The position numbers were made by a program, and so were the translations under genes. The notes beneath the pieces are model-generated. The model ran no database searches, was not told the DNA's origin, and saw only the letters and a program-made list of their open reading frames with translations. Positions 13,264 to 27,312 of a stretch of 64,000 bases of DNA are shown in pieces. Every line of letters starts with the position of its first letter. Position 1 is the stretch's first letter. The stretch is from Penicillus capitatus (Eukaryota; Plantae; Chlorophyta): assembly GCA_965649825.1 (NCBI GenBank), contig OZ287704.1, positions 790,301 to 854,300 on the forward strand. The letters run 5' to 3'.

Positions 13264-14199
13264 CGAAATGCATGTCAGATGAAAGGCGAATCGCAGCTGT
13301 GCGGTTTTCAGTATTGGTTTTGAATGCTTTAGTGGATGTCTTTGGTATTTGTTCATCGTTGGTCCCCGAATGAAACGATGCAAGAGGAAACCACAAAGAT
13401 GTGACTGAGTCGCACTCATCGAAAAACAGTTTAATCTGAGAATTCTTCATGTTCGCCGAAAGACTTCCATGATCCATCTGGTGGCGATCAAAGCAAGGCA
13501 AGGCCTACGTAAAAATTACCTTATGTATGGCTGTGACTGTCCACTGCAAATGCTTTTGGCGATTGGACGTCTATAGAGAAAAGGTCAAAGGCTGTGGGCC
13601 GTACAGTTGCAGTAGGATCGTCGACAAGAACTTCGCAGTAGGAATAAGGGTCGAAAGATTCAAGAACAAACGGGATTTCTGATGACAGCATAGGTCACGT
13701 CGATCGACCCACAAGGATGGAGGTGATAGATATGACCAGTATCATCAATCATATAAATGGAGGCGTCCATCTGATATGCGACCTTTCTTACTCCTGTTAT
13801 GACCCTATGCGGCCTTATGCCTCACGGCATCATGGCTCTAGAGAGTAAAGTACATAGGAAACATCCTTCTCTCTGGTGACTCCTAGTAGAGTAACAGCCA
13901 CAAATGCAGAAGCATTTGTAAAGCTCGTTGAGTTCGGGGAACAAACAGAGCACAGAGACGCGTATGACTTAACAATATCTAGCCATAAGCGCAGGCCAGC
14001 AGTTCCGATGAAGCTCGAGCGTCTCATCCGTTGTTCAACTAAATTTCGGCATTAGGTAACACTTACGAGTGGAGGATATCTGTCGGTTCGATCATGATGC
14101 GCTATACCGTCCACAAGAGTCCAATGCAGTCGGTGGCCTCGTCAGCATCATCAGTATCGCTAACCACTCACTCTTCATCACTATTCACCCTTGTCGAGG

Positions 14200-16065
14200 A
14201 TGACCGACCGAGTTCGAACTGCGTCCGTACTGTCCTCTGTACTGTACGCTCTGTCACTCTTTCCTTTTTTCTTTGGCGTGTCACATGGCAAGAACACCGA
14301 ACTGCTGAAACTCTTCGGAGAGAAATCCAACGGGAAACTTGAAGATGTCTATGTGCGAAAAGAGGCTCCGGAGGGAGCTTTCCCCTTCTACGTCTCCCTC
14401 AGAAGGGCCAACCTCAATCTGCACTACTGCGCAGGGACCCTCATATCACCGAGATACGTTCTCACTTCGGCGTCCTGTATGGATAGCGACACGTTTGGAT
14501 ACGGTATCGACAATGCCACCGCCCTCATCGGGGCTTACCACCTCGATTTCGAAGACGACGACGATGCATCGGGAAAAACAGAAGATAAGAAGTCAAAGAG
14601 CGATGCACCATGCGGTCCACTGATGGCGAATATTAGCAAGGTGTATATGCATGAAAAGTACAGCAATGGAACAGATACCAAACATCCATACAATGCACAG
14701 TATGACATTGCAATCCTTAAACTGGAGAGACGTTCGTCTGCCAACTGGTCTTTCCTTCCGCTTGAAATGTTAGACGATTGCTGCAGCGATGGTGAGGGTT
14801 TTGTAAGTGCTGGACTGGGACGAGCCAAAGAAGCGGGTGCCTATTCGACATCTCTCGAAATGGCAGCCTTTCCCTTTATGCCATACAATGAATGCTCCGA
14901 AGTTTTTGAAGAGTACGTCGAACACAAACGTCATGTCGTGTGCTTAAGTCTGTGCCTGCTGCAGATCCGATGACGAGTTTTTGGGCAAGAATACACGCAA
15001 CATGTCGAGAGCATCTTCGATCTGCGTTCGGGGCGACCGAAAGTACTGTCAACCCGATTGGGGAAGCGGACTGTTTCGCTGGGGAGATGATGACAAACAT
15101 CCAGTGCTTGTTGGTGTTGCCAGCAGGGCAACGGGTGAATGCAGTTATGGCGATCCCTATGTCTACACCAATATCGCTTTCCACATCGAATGGATCACGA
15201 GCATCGATGGAGTGCTGGAAGATATCTCTGGATCTGTCAGAAAAACGAGCCCCTGCGAAAAGCGTACACCGATTCCCAAAATCTTCGCAGCTGTGCCGGC
15301 TCTGCCAGGCCAATACCCCTATGCCGTTTCTGTTCGACCAGATGGAACACTGCATCAGTGCAATGGCGTATTGATTGGCCCTCGACATGTGTTGACGTCC
15401 GGATCTTGTGTCGACCCCCGTCATCAATCGATACCCAATAGTATGACCGTATACATTGGAGGCGTCGATGTCAATCCGAATGACGACACTTCCGACGCAG
15501 AAGTGATCCCTGTGAAGGGGTCTCCCATTTTTCACACAGCATACGTGCGTGCTCCTCCACGTGATGTCAACTTGGCCCTCCTTGTTCTCGAACGCGACAG
15601 CAACAAGTCACCCATTCAACTGCCGTTCTTGAGTAAGAGATGCATTTTGCAGAGACAGCTGATATCAACCGTGTTTCTCTCTCTGCAGATCGCTATTGCT
15701 GCAGGGATGACTTGCCGTTACGTGTGGTTGGCTGGGGCTCTCGATCGATCGGCGATGCACATTCTCCAGTACTGCAGACAGGAACGGTGAAATTTATCAC
15801 CAAAAAGGATTGCCGGGAACGCTATGATGTTCGCAACTTGAATCGAGTTTCCATCTGTGCTGGAGGCAGCGAAACGGGAGAGGGTGCTGCCCTTTGCCGA
15901 GGAGACGACGGCACTCCCTTGATCTTGACAGGTGGAGCTCAGGACATCCTCATCGGCATTGGATTTGCCAACACTTCTGGAGGATGTACTGGCACGCAAC
16001 CTGCTGAATTCCTCAAAGTCGCATTCTTCCTCAGATGGATAAAGAAGCAGACCAGGATCTCCTGA
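14200..16065 (+). CDS. Secreted or anchored protein with two trypsin-like (S1) domains, both apparently catalytically dead
   Basis: Hydrophobic N-terminus. CAGTLISPRYVLTSASC and CNGVLIGPRHVLTSGSC replace the TAAHC motif; QPDWGSG and RGDDGTP replace GDSGGP. Two ~52-56-nt introns restore the frame. Confidence 0.8.
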
Positions 16066-16435
16066 AATGTTCTGGGCATCTTCTGGCCAGTGTGCCATCT
16101 CATACATTTCATTGTTGCATACACACAGTTGTTCGCAGTCTTTGAGGTATTTGAGGTATCCAGCGTGACATCTCAGTGACGCTAGGTTCATTTGGACGGA
16201 CTTAACGCCGTGTAAAAGAACTGCTGAAAACGCGTTCTGATGCTAGTGATGCGCGCTTTCCTTCTCATTGTTAAAGCATAACCGTCATGCCTTACAACAG
16301 GACTCTACCGTTCCACTTGACAAGCAGCTAACGGTACATTTTGGCCGTTACCCAGAACGGCTCTCCGTGAACGGTAAAGGACCACAATGAAGGTGTGCGT
16401 TGCTTGTTATTGCTCACAACAGCATCTCATGACGT

Positions 16436-18289
16436 TCAGATGTCTTCGGGATGCGCCCAGAGACGCACTCTCTTGTCTCCGCTTGAAGATGCCAACACTC
16501 TTAACGATCCTTTCTTACACATGAGCTTCTTCGGCGCCCAACAGATGGATGTGATCTGTTTATCATGTGCTTCGTCGATTCTGTCAATCACGCCACCTGC
16601 ATCCACACAGTCCAACCAATCATACACTCCATCTCTCTTTGAACACACCGTTGTTGATGTCGATAAAATGGATGCTGTCGTTCACAGCTGCAGCCAGGGC
16701 GTTGTCTGGACCGAAGGCCAATCGACGGTAGTACTCTCCCTCTTTTAGCGATAGCTGAACCTGGAAGTCAGAAGTCATTCTTAGAGATGCACTGTGCTCG
16801 AGGGGGTACAGAACTGAAACGATGCACTTGGGATCTTCGCGCATGTTATATTGGACATCGACATTCCAAATCTTCATGATGCCGTCTTCCGAGACGCTGA
16901 CAGCTTTGGTGGCGTCCATGGAAAAGGCAACCGTCATCACTTTAGATTTATGCCCTCTGAGATCCATCACTTTCGAAGAACTACGGAAAGTGCCGTCTCT
17001 TGAAAACTTGAGATCCCACACTTTGGCATCTGCCGTAAAAGTGGCAATGGAAGCCAATTGAGCGTTGTAAGACACAGCCAAGTCATGATTCACAAAGGAA
17101 TTCGGAGAGAAAGATGACAAAAGCACTCCCTGCAGAAAACAAAGGGATGGATGGATTCGATGTTGCTGAACATCATGCATGGCTCACGTGTCTGTCATAG
17201 ATTTTGGCCTCCTTTTTCGCACTGCAGGCAATGATGAGCAGTTTAGAGATTTCGGGATTGATAACGGTCTCCAGTCTCAGAGGATTGTCCGTCCCGAATG
17301 CCTTTTCGATCTACAGACCACCACCACCACAAGCGTCATCGCCTTTTTGAGCATGCATGACGCCCATACCGTTTTGGTGCACACCCATTGGGAGCCTCCC
17401 AGTTCCGACGGCTGATTCGTATAGAACAGCAACGATGCCGTATCCAAGAATCCTGTAAACAGACCGGCCATTGCCTAGTCTCATGCGATCGATCGACGGA
17501 AGACCTTTGGACAATACGACGATATTATCGGTGTCGTGGAGAAATCCTACATCCACCGGAATGCAGGGGATGTTGATCTGTCTCGTCAAAATCCCTGCAA
17601 ACGATCGTCAAAGACTCACAGATGATCATCTGCTGCAAGGAGGGACCGTGCCTTTGTCGATGGACTCTGAAAAGGTGAACAAACGAACACAACGATCTTC
17701 ACAGGCAGATGCCACAGCCGATCCATCAAACGCCCAACCGAAGCCATTTACGCCTTCTCTATGGTCCTGCACCATCCTGTCATCTCACACAAGCAACGGA
17801 TGGGTGTGAACCTTGAGGGAGAAGATGTAGAGTGGATGGTCCAAAATTTTCCCCTCCGTCCTGCAGAAGAGCGTCTAATACGCTGAGCGGGAGATATGTT
17901 CGAACAGTTTCTTGTTTTTGGCTGGTTTGGCTTTTTGCACCAGCTGTTTATGAGACAGGGTACTGTGTCGCTGAGGCTGTACATTGGGTTCGTGGGCAGG
18001 TACCGTTGTGGCACTTTCCGACACTCTAGTACATAAGAAGCCTTTTACAGGCAGTCCTATCCATCTCGGGCATTACTTGGCTTTGTGTCCCTGGCGACCT
18101 CGTTTCCCTTTATACAAAGCGCCTTTCACAGCTCGAAGGAACGCATAGACGACAGTGATAATGATGCCGGCCAGTGAACCAACTGTATAGCCGATAGGAA
18201 GGATCTCTGCAGTGTTTCTAAACACGAGACGCACCGATGGAAAACAGAACGACGCGTGCAAGGATGGACAGGTCTTCGAAATGCGTCAT
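16436..18289 (-). CDS. TBL2: WD40 protein with N-terminal transmembrane anchor, transducin beta-like 2 (TBL2)-like
   Basis: Spliced MTHFEDL|NTAEILPIGYTVGSLAGIIITVVYAFL (TM), HPLYIFSLK|DHREGVNG..., DLRGHKSKVMTVAFS..., AHDKQITSICW...DKRVRLW. Confidence 0.7.
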
Positions 18290-18676
18290 CGCAAACAAAC
18301 CAAGGGACACGTCATTCGTCACATTAGATCACCTCATTCCCAGCCACTTCTCATCTCGTCCATCTTCCTTCCTCACAGTCACAGGAGATGCAAGCGTGAC
18401 ATCCGATGCGATGGAATCTATCTGCCGTCTCGAGTGTTTTGTATTCGAGGTATTCGGATCGAGAGATCGACAGAGACAGTTTGTTTACTTCATCTGATTT
18501 CTAATGGGCTACATGGCATTCTTGACAAAGAATGACCTCAGAATTCCTCTTTATGTTGTCTTTTGTCATTCGTTAGGAACACGTACAATCGGTATTGGAC
18601 CCAGCCCATGTATTATCCTGAGCTAGGATAGAGGTCTTGAGAACGAAGAAACGGCGCCCCTTGCAATGACAGAGAT

Positions 18677-21069
18677 TCACTGAAGCACCACCGTTGCATC
18701 GGTGTAAAAGGGATGGTGATCTTTATATCTATGAAAGAGATCTGCAAGGGATTGATAATACTGCTGGTGCACTTTGTTCAGCTCCAGCTCATAGTTTGGA
18801 TCATCTGAAAGAACACACATCTCATCGCAGAGCACACAAAGTGCAGCCATCGACCTGTGGAGATTCTCGGCGGCTGAATAGGTTCTCCCACGACATACAG
18901 GAGAGGCACCTTCTTTGGTAGCGGAGATACGAGCCATCGTCCAACCAGGAGATAAGGAATAGGAAATCCGATCACCTTGTATGTCCATTTCTGTAGAGAA
19001 GGCGCATTGAATGCATTGTGCATTGTGAAGATTTCCCCGAGTGAGAGAATGGGCACCAATGCTGCTCCGTGTTCCAGAGCCATACGGCAGAAGCCTTTGT
19101 GTCGCTGGCATAACACAATCTCTTTGGGTGTCCGCATCGCCCTGCAGCAATCGCTTTGGAGGTCACCACGGTATTCGGTTTGTTCTCTCACTTGTAGGTC
19201 TCTACGAGTTCCTCTTGTCCACCAGGACAAATCAGAACGGATCTCTCTTCGTCCAGTGCCTTGACAAACGTCTTGCGGCTGACATCTCGGACGCCATACC
19301 AATAGAGCATATCCCGTAGGAAGGGGGGAATGAATAGGGCTGTGGCGCAGAGGGAAGTCGGAACGTGCTCACACACATTCTTACGAAATTGTGGCATGGC
19401 TTGAAGAAATCCTGCACCTACTGGATACAGGCCATGAGGATGATATCCGTAGATATATTTCCCTCTTGGATCCAGCTTCTTTCCAGAGGCATTGATCACT
19501 TCTGCTCGCCCAAACCAACGATTGAGCGATTTCTCAACATAAGGTCCGATAAAGGACTGAAACTCAGGCCATTTCCGACACCCGGTGTGTTGTGGATTGC
19601 CTTTATTTGATCTGAAGTAGTAAAGAGTGATGGCCACAGACCAGAAAATGAAGACCGGCAGCGCAGGGAAGAAGGTTAGACACAGGATCCAGATCGTACA
19701 GACCAGATGAATTGGCGTGTACATCAGCAGGACAGGGAGATTCTCGAGAAACAGTTCTCTGAGATAAGGGATCCATCTTTCTGTGCTCCCTGGTCTAAAG
19801 GTCAAGACAGAGAGTCCCAAGACCAGCTGCGTCACCACAGCGGTGCCACCAGAAGCGAGGGCCCAGATTCGAATAGCGATCGCCACTCCTTTGACGACTT
19901 CTCGCACCACTGCAATGAAAAACACAAGGGAGAGTGAGAAGAGAGACCAGCCTAGTGCTTGAGTGGCGATAAAGACGCGTCCACCCACGAAGGGCTGAAA
20001 AAATCTCCACGTGTGTTTTGCTCCGGTATTCTGGCCATGGCGCAGAAAACCGCCGAGTCCATGTGTTGTACTTGCAGCTGTCAATGAGCAGATCACAGAA
20101 ATACAGCAGTACAGCAGCCTGCAGCATGTCATAGGTTATAATGGGGATGAAGGTGGATAACACTTGGATGGAATGTCTGGCAGTGTATCTGTCACGGCAA
20201 CGAATCCCGCCGACATCATCGACAAGATCAAACCGAGAACCAACACCGTCACAAATCCCACATTCGGCGATACCCACCGCTGCAATAAACGCACCCCCTG
20301 TATCGGAGTAAAGACTCACGATAGACGAGCGTGCTTTCAAGATTCGCGATCTCTTGCTACGTCTGGAACGGCGCTTGGTAAGTGGGGATTTGAAGAGAAA
20401 GAGCGCTTTGATGTTGAAAAAGAGGCTCATGACGGATAGAGCCACAGCAGCTCCATGTAGCACGTGTACATGTGTTGGTTGAACAGTCACGATGGAGGGC
20501 TGAACGACCGGTGTCGCAAAAGCAAGGGAGACAACCCATAGAAACTGAACAGGGGGGTCAGGCAATGCAACAGAACAGCTGATGTGTACCCAGGACACCA
20601 GAGTGAAGGCGAGGTGTCGAGCGCCTCCGAACAGAAAGACTCTCAGAAATTTGCTTCCATGATTCAATGCAGGCTGCTCCCGCAAGTAGATGCCAAAGAC
20701 TTGGACAATAGGCACGCTTAGGAGGCAGGTGACGAGAGTGAGAAAATCATAGAACATCAGAACACAAAGGGCGGACCAAAGCTCGGGTTTCGAAATGCGA
20801 CGGACAGATGTGACGTGAAAAGATAAACCAATCGTCACTTCTAACGGGTCAGAAAGCTGACACCAAATATGACGACGCAACGACAAGTGATCCGTTACGT
20901 ATTTGTGCGCGAGATGCTCTGGTCTCACTCTTTGAAAAGAGTGAATTTGACTAGACAGATGCGGACGGAACTGTTGACAGACGATAATTCGTGGTTCAGC
21001 GAGCGATCCCTCAAATGTCTCAAGGGATAAGGATGTTTGTTTGTTCGTTTCTTGTGAAAAACGAAACAT
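18677..21069 (-). CDS. DGAT2: Type-2 diacylglycerol acyltransferase (DGAT2/DGTT) with long multi-pass N-terminal extension; start uncertain
   Basis: YIYGYHPHGLYP, LICPGGQEE, RHKGFCRMALEHGAALVP, LGE and VVGEPI motifs. Several hydrophobic helices upstream. Confidence 0.8.
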
Positions 21070-21841
21070 GAGCAAGAAAACAAAACCCTTGTTGCTTGCT
21101 GTTAATCGCTCTTATTTCTGAACAATAGTTGATTACCCAAGACAGAACTCGGCGTATACTCTCTCCAGTCCGTGGTGCTGTCTTATCTTTCCTAACGATC
21201 ATAGCCATCTTCTTCGATAGCTCTTGTCTTCAATGCATCATTATTGGCGAACAATACAAAGGCAAGTCGATTGGCACCATTACTGGTCACCTTTGTCGCC
21301 GATCATGTAACTGCGAAGCAAACAAAAGACATTCTGATCAAATCTTCGCGTCTACGCACTCAGTGAGTTTCTTCTCCAGGTGTCTTGTCGGCGAACGAAA
21401 CACCCATGATTGAGATCCAGGGAACTTACTAAACAAAAACGCGTGCGAATCTGGTATCCAATAGTTTTATTACCTGGTTGAGACATACATGCACGACGAA
21501 CGAACACGAATTGCTACTCCAAATGGACGGACAACTTCAAGTCGCTGGCGGTATTCGTCCACGCCATTCACACCGATAGTGTTTGGTGACTCTGACAACA
21601 GTTCCTTGTCCGAATAATAAAAGGTCTGCTGAGATCTTTAAATCCGTCTGAGTGCACAATGTCGGTCGTTCAAATTTCGATTCATTAACGAACCAAGATA
21701 TTCAAGGCGGTCCATCTGAAAGTAATTCAAAGAATGTAGACATTTTGTTTCTCTCCTTTCTTTGCTCCTCGACTTGTTCAATATCTTGCACACGAGGAAT
21801 TTTTCACATCGATATCGATGCGAGAAGAAAGGAGAGGGTGC

Positions 21842-23800
21842 TCAGAACAACAGGTGAACCAGCGGTAACGAAACCGCGGAAGCCATGAGTACTGTAAACA
21901 AGATTGCAGAGAAATCAAAGAGACCTGATAGCTTACCCAGAATGATCGCAGCGTCTCGCTTCATTCGCCACATGACCTTCTCAGGAACAGATTCTCCGTC
22001 TTCGCTCACTCGATTGACAGGCAGCGACATCCATTTCGGAAAGAATCGCCTGAGGACTCCCAACACAGTGAAATTCACCCAACCGACAAAACATCTCCAG
22101 TTCTCCGGAAAAGGTAGGTAGTAATCTTCGTACCCAACGATCTGTGTACCAAAGCAGTTCGTACGAGATCGATCAAGGGAAAACATACGAGTTGCCAGTC
22201 TTGAAATGAACGCACTCGATTAAAACGACGGTCATTGAAGATCTTAGCCGCAGCATCTATGTCTCCTTCAGCGTCGTCTAGCGCTTCATAGAGAACCTTC
22301 GAATCCAAGATTGCCAAATTTGCCCTGCACGCATACGCCGTAGAAGGAAGGGAAGGCCAAGCGAAACGGACCCCAACCCTCCACGAGCTCCTGCACTGTG
22401 ACCAGCGTCGCCAACCAGTATTGTCGCTGGACCAATCAACCTGGAGACTTGACAAGTATCGGAACTCCGCGTTATGGGCGCATTCGCCACTTTCAGACTG
22501 AATTCCTTTATCCATTGCTGCAAACAACCGCCCTGTCCTCTCAAAAAGGCATCTGGATGAGTAAAAACCTCCGAAAAGTGGTCGGCGGCCCATTCCTTTG
22601 TCCATTCGTACTCCCTGCCATTTATCTTCTGTTCAAAGGTTTCTGGCATCCCCCCTATGTGGGCGCTCAGAGGCTTGTTTTTTTTTCAGTCGGTTGAAAA
22701 AACACCGAGTTCTGATTGCCAGATTTAGATGCAGGCGTTCCAACATCTGGTTGCCTCACTGAAATGAGCCATCCAGAACTGAGGTATTTCACTAACTCGT
22801 CTAGTAAGCACATCGTCTTAGGAAGGACGGACCACATCAAAAGTAACGATACCTCGTTCATCGACGAGAGGGGCATCCAAAACTGTCTTCATCGACCACA
22901 AGTTAATGAACTTCTTAACTCTGAATGCTGGATCGTGTTCTTGCAGTTTTTCTCTGACGACTGAGAAACCCCGTCTGCTCCGATCAGCAGATCATAGCCC
23001 TCTGTGACGGCTTCTCCTTTGCTGTCTTCGAATGTCGCGCGTCTGTCATCAAAGGCGATATCCTAGACGACATATGACGGTACGATCAATATCGCACTGA
23101 CTGGAACAGCCAGACTGTGCATCTGTGGTTGTAGTGGAACGTGACCTTCTCTGCGTATACCCTTCGCACATCTTCCGTCAGAATCTCGGAGATCTTGTTT
23201 CTCTTTCCAAAGTACGTTCCGTCAAATGCAGGATTCGATTGGTTCGTAGCTGGAGATCGTGTATCGTACAAAGACACAGATCCTACAACACTAAGCTCGC
23301 ATCGAAAACTTTGCTTCTGCGTAACGACCTTTAAACTTCCAAACTTCGTTTCTGTGGCCGTCGCTGGGAAGTTCTACACCAATCTCTTTCATCACACTGA
23401 CGGTTTTTTTCATCAAACGGATGCTATTCACGCGCTTCAGTGAGTATTGTTCTTTCAAAGGATCTTCGCGTCTCTCGTACACCTAGCTGCGACATCAACG
23501 ACCGGTTTTAATACAGAAAGCGGTAACCTTGACAGTAAATCCTTGTCTGGCGAGAAATGCTGCCGCCGCGGCACCAGCTGGACCAGCTCCGACCACGAGC
23601 GCCCTCTTTCCTAGGTACTTCTTGGAAGACTCAGAAGTGATGCTGACCGCGACACAAACGACGAAGTGAAACAGACTGCTTCGGCGAGTCTGACTTCACT
23701 CTACCTTACATCCTGATCGAGTTTGTCCGGGATCGCTTCAGATGTCTCTGTCAAAGCGCCGGCTGCGTACGTCTGGTTCCTGAGAGATGCGGCGAAGCAT
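21842..23800 (-). CDS. FAD-dependent monooxygenase (FAD_binding_3; kynurenine 3-monooxygenase-like) with C-terminal TM helix; 5' end uncertain
   Basis: ALVVGAGPAGAAAA (GxGxxG), YDLLIGADGVSS (DG motif), ILVGDAGHS...ANLAILD (GD motif). Multi-exon. Confidence 0.75.
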
Positions 23801-26448
23801 TTGGATGCTGCTCGGCGGCTGTCCGTTTCTTACGAGGATTCGGCAACGCCTTGCTGACGAATGGAGGCAGTTCGCGAAAAGGATGTGCTCCTGTCGCATT
23901 TGTTCCGCCTCTGAAAACCTGACGAACCGTCCGCAGAGGTAGATTGCGACTGCCACGCCGAAAAGAGCGCTCTTGACCGGAGAACCAAGGACATGAGTAC
24001 CGGGTGAAGGATGGACTGCTAATGAAAACAAAACGTCTTCTCCATTTGCTATTATTGGTACGCCTCCAGCCACAAGTCACAGAAGTGATACTCAGGGATC
24101 CGGGAATCGCTTACAGATGTTTCGCGAGCCTCGCTATCGGCTCGAGACACGTGTGTCTTTTGATACGATTCGATTTCGAAATCACTTTCGGCACCAAGGC
24201 GAGGGAGTATCTACGGATCCCGACTGGTGCCACAGCTTGCCAGGGGATGGAGTGAATGGGCTGAAAGCGCCGAGAACTCGGACGGCGCTAACAACGATGA
24301 CGTGATTGTTGTCTTTGTACTCTTTGACATGTGCTCTCTGTTAGAGACAGACACAATGAACGAAGAGGCTGTGAATGGAGTATGCTCGCGGCAGGCGCTG
24401 AAACTCTCGTCGGAGATGAAGAACGGATGTCTCGTCTCGCTCTCTTCTTCTTCGTTGAACTCAGCATGCAGATTTCGCCGAACACATCATCAACAACGAG
24501 CGGCTCAGCCGTCCATCTAGGGATGCTCTTTGCAGTACAGCGCATACAAACTAGATGCTCGTTCCATAGACGTGGAGAGGCTTGTCTTCGGTCATTCGTA
24601 GAGTTCAGCGGCATATCCGTTTCGAGAGAAGATTCCGTAAAGATCTGGGGAACTTCGAGGAACGAGTGAAGGACGACTGATTCCATAGCCTTAGGATAGG
24701 ACCGAGTGCGAGACTTGACTCACTGCACATCTGTTCTACAACTCCCTGCGGCAGAACGACTCTCTGCTTCGAACTCCAGGGCCACAGGCTCATCGAACCT
24801 TGAAACAAGATGAAGAGACGACCCTCGCGTCTCAAACCCTTACGTGAGCAGACTGGCCGCTTACAAGGGAAACACTCTATGAGAGAGAAATGCGTATGTC
24901 ACCCTAAACGTTCCTTGGCAGACGTCCGAGACCAATGGCCGATTCGTCAGGGGATGTCGACTGCGTCATATGCAATCACGCCTTCGGCTGGCTTAGAACG
25001 CGAGCAGCATAGGTAGGATGGACGCTGCGACAGTGAGAGCCTTAGATTGTGAGCAGTATGGCGCGTACTGTCAAACGAAGTCCAGCGGCGGCATCGCGCA
25101 GAGTGAAAGTGGACTGCCTTCTGCTGCGTTTTGTCCGTACGGGCACTGAGGCATACCCTTCCGACTGACGATCTCTGTCGACACAAATCCCTCACAAAGA
25201 TCGCTTCAAACGTCGATGCTCGCACGGCACCGGCGAAATCGGATTGGCGTCGAAGAACGGAGATCGACTCCGTCCTCGCAAAACGCTTCTTAAATGTAGA
25301 TCGAAAGCAAAGCAGTTGAGGATTCGTCTGGCTCTGAAAGCCACGCCGCCTGGAATCAGAAACGAGTTGCCTGTTCTTAGCCCTTGGACAGGATGTTCTG
25401 CAACGTTTCGACTAAACCGCTTTGTCGCCGAGAGGAAAACGCAAGAGACTTTCGCGCGACGAAGCAGAAACGCTTTCTCTGTTTGCTTGCATAATGACTG
25501 AACACTCTCCTTACAGGAATCGCTATCCACATGCCGTTCTACAGGCAGCCACTGTCGGACGGGCGGGATTCAAATGTTCTCTTTGCCGAGTGGATTCGAA
25601 ACTGAAAGTGTCGGAGGTGGCACTGGACAACGCGATCGCAAGACAACAACCATTTGACGGGTTAGAAAGCTCTTGAGCTATAGTGATCGCAGAAGGCATG
25701 GCTTGTTGATTTCGTTCATCGGTGTCACGGATCGAACACAAAGCATGTAAGAGCTGGCAGAGCTCGAGACACCTGAGAGAGTTTGCCACAATGGACCGAA
25801 GGCCGGACGCAAAAAAACTCTGTCATTTGTCAATTGTAGAGCAAAGAAGATTCAGCATTGTCCACGAGGTAGAAATCAGTGCAAGTACTAACTAGTACAA
25901 TGAACATAGCAGACAGGAGTTCGCAGTTTCTTTAAGTGACATCTGCCTCTTGCCACATTCACCATTCCACTGGATTGAACAATCCACTGCGACTGCCCTG
26001 TCAGCAGCACAGTGGAAGTCATTCATTCTTATCAGCTCAATGTACAGGGCGTCGGGTCCATCATCATCGCCAAGTGGAAACAACATGTAAACGACCAAAC
26101 TTATGCAAATCAGAAGTCTTAAATGGCCCGTGGGAGTCAAAGCTTATCAAAGAGAGCTTCAGATGAAAGATCACACCGGTCTCTTTCCAAGGTAAACAGA
26201 AATAGCCAAAACAGCGCACAGGATCTATCAACTTTTGAAGAAACTCGAAAAGTAAAACAAGGGTCGCAGAATCGCCGATGTGCAGAACTCCAGACCGTCG
26301 TTGTCCACCACGAGCATTGTCACTGGTGCCTTGAACAATCTCTCCTATGGCACAAGGTCAGCATCGACCGACTGGTGGAAATATGAGCTTACTTGTTGGA
26401 AACGGATCAGCTCACTGCAGCCGAGGCCTGTGCCAGTCGCACGCTTAT

Positions 26449-26972
26449 CTGGAATACGCACAAGGAGTGTGGGAGAGTTTTGAGGGAGAGCGGGCCAGAT
26501 CGTCTCCAGCATGGCTTTCGGACCCGGCGCGCTACGCAGACATGCAGTTAGATGGTCCAAGAAGGGACCAGTAGCAAAAAACAGAAGACTCGACAGATGC
26601 GATGCAAAGAAAGAGGAGACAGGCAGAACACAGAGGAAATCTTCTGAAACAGTGAAGATGAAACCATTCGCTCGAAAACACAAAAGAAAAAGCACAATAG
26701 CGAGAACACACATTCAGGCAGGGGCAACGGAGCGAGGGGCAAAGACAAGCAGAAGGCATGAAAAGACACAGGACAATCAGATGGGCGTTTTGGGGAAAAA
26801 CAGATTAAGGAAACTCAAGAAAGATCCACAGAACAAAAAGGATTTAGAAGTAGAGAAGACAGGTAAACAGCAAACAAAGTCAAGGCTCCGTTGCCCGGGA
26901 CGAGGAAAACGGGCATCCAGGGGAAGAGAGAAAAACAGAAGACGGCCTGGATGCCGATCCGAAAGCCATTAC
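26449..26972 (-). other. Predicted 524-nt U-rich structured intron-like element, unit 1
   Basis: CG|GTAATG donor at 26972 and TATTCCAG acceptor at 26449. Helices 26511-26524/26956-26969, 26912-26921/26946-26955, 26722-26733/26885-26896 and 26553-26558/26565-26570. Confidence 0.55.
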
Positions 26973-27312
26973 CGAAGAGCATACCCAGCCACACTCCGAG
27001 TCTTTGCCACTCCTTTGCGAATGTCCAGCCGATTGTCTTCTATCCAGCTCTTGCGTGCCCGACCATCCCCCTGATCACATCGCTGCAGCCGAATGCAAAC
27101 AAGGATCTCTGATTGGATTACCTCTTTGGCAAATGTTGCAGAAGATCGTTGTCTGTAGGCCTCTCGTCTGTACAAAACATTGGACCCCCATCTGCAATAT
27201 CAATGTAAGGTGTAGTTGTGACATTTGAGCGCTGTGAGAGCATACCTTTGGGTAGCGGCGCCGCTCGATGCAACCTGGCAGACGTACCGATGACCTCTCC
27301 CGAAAAGCAGCC

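Noticed and set aside
12616-13419. 267-aa antisense ORF over pyruvate carboxylase, and similar antisense ORFs over cpSRP43 and COPB1
   Set aside because: Codon-bias shadows of the sense genes with no protein features.
13500-14030. Short protein-like fragment (MDASIYMIDDTGHIYHLHP...) on the minus strand
   Set aside because: Too short, with no supporting splice or homology evidence.
24100-26200. Scattered 60-130-aa ORFs on both strands
   Set aside because: No recognisable motif and no consistent spliced frame; left unannotated.
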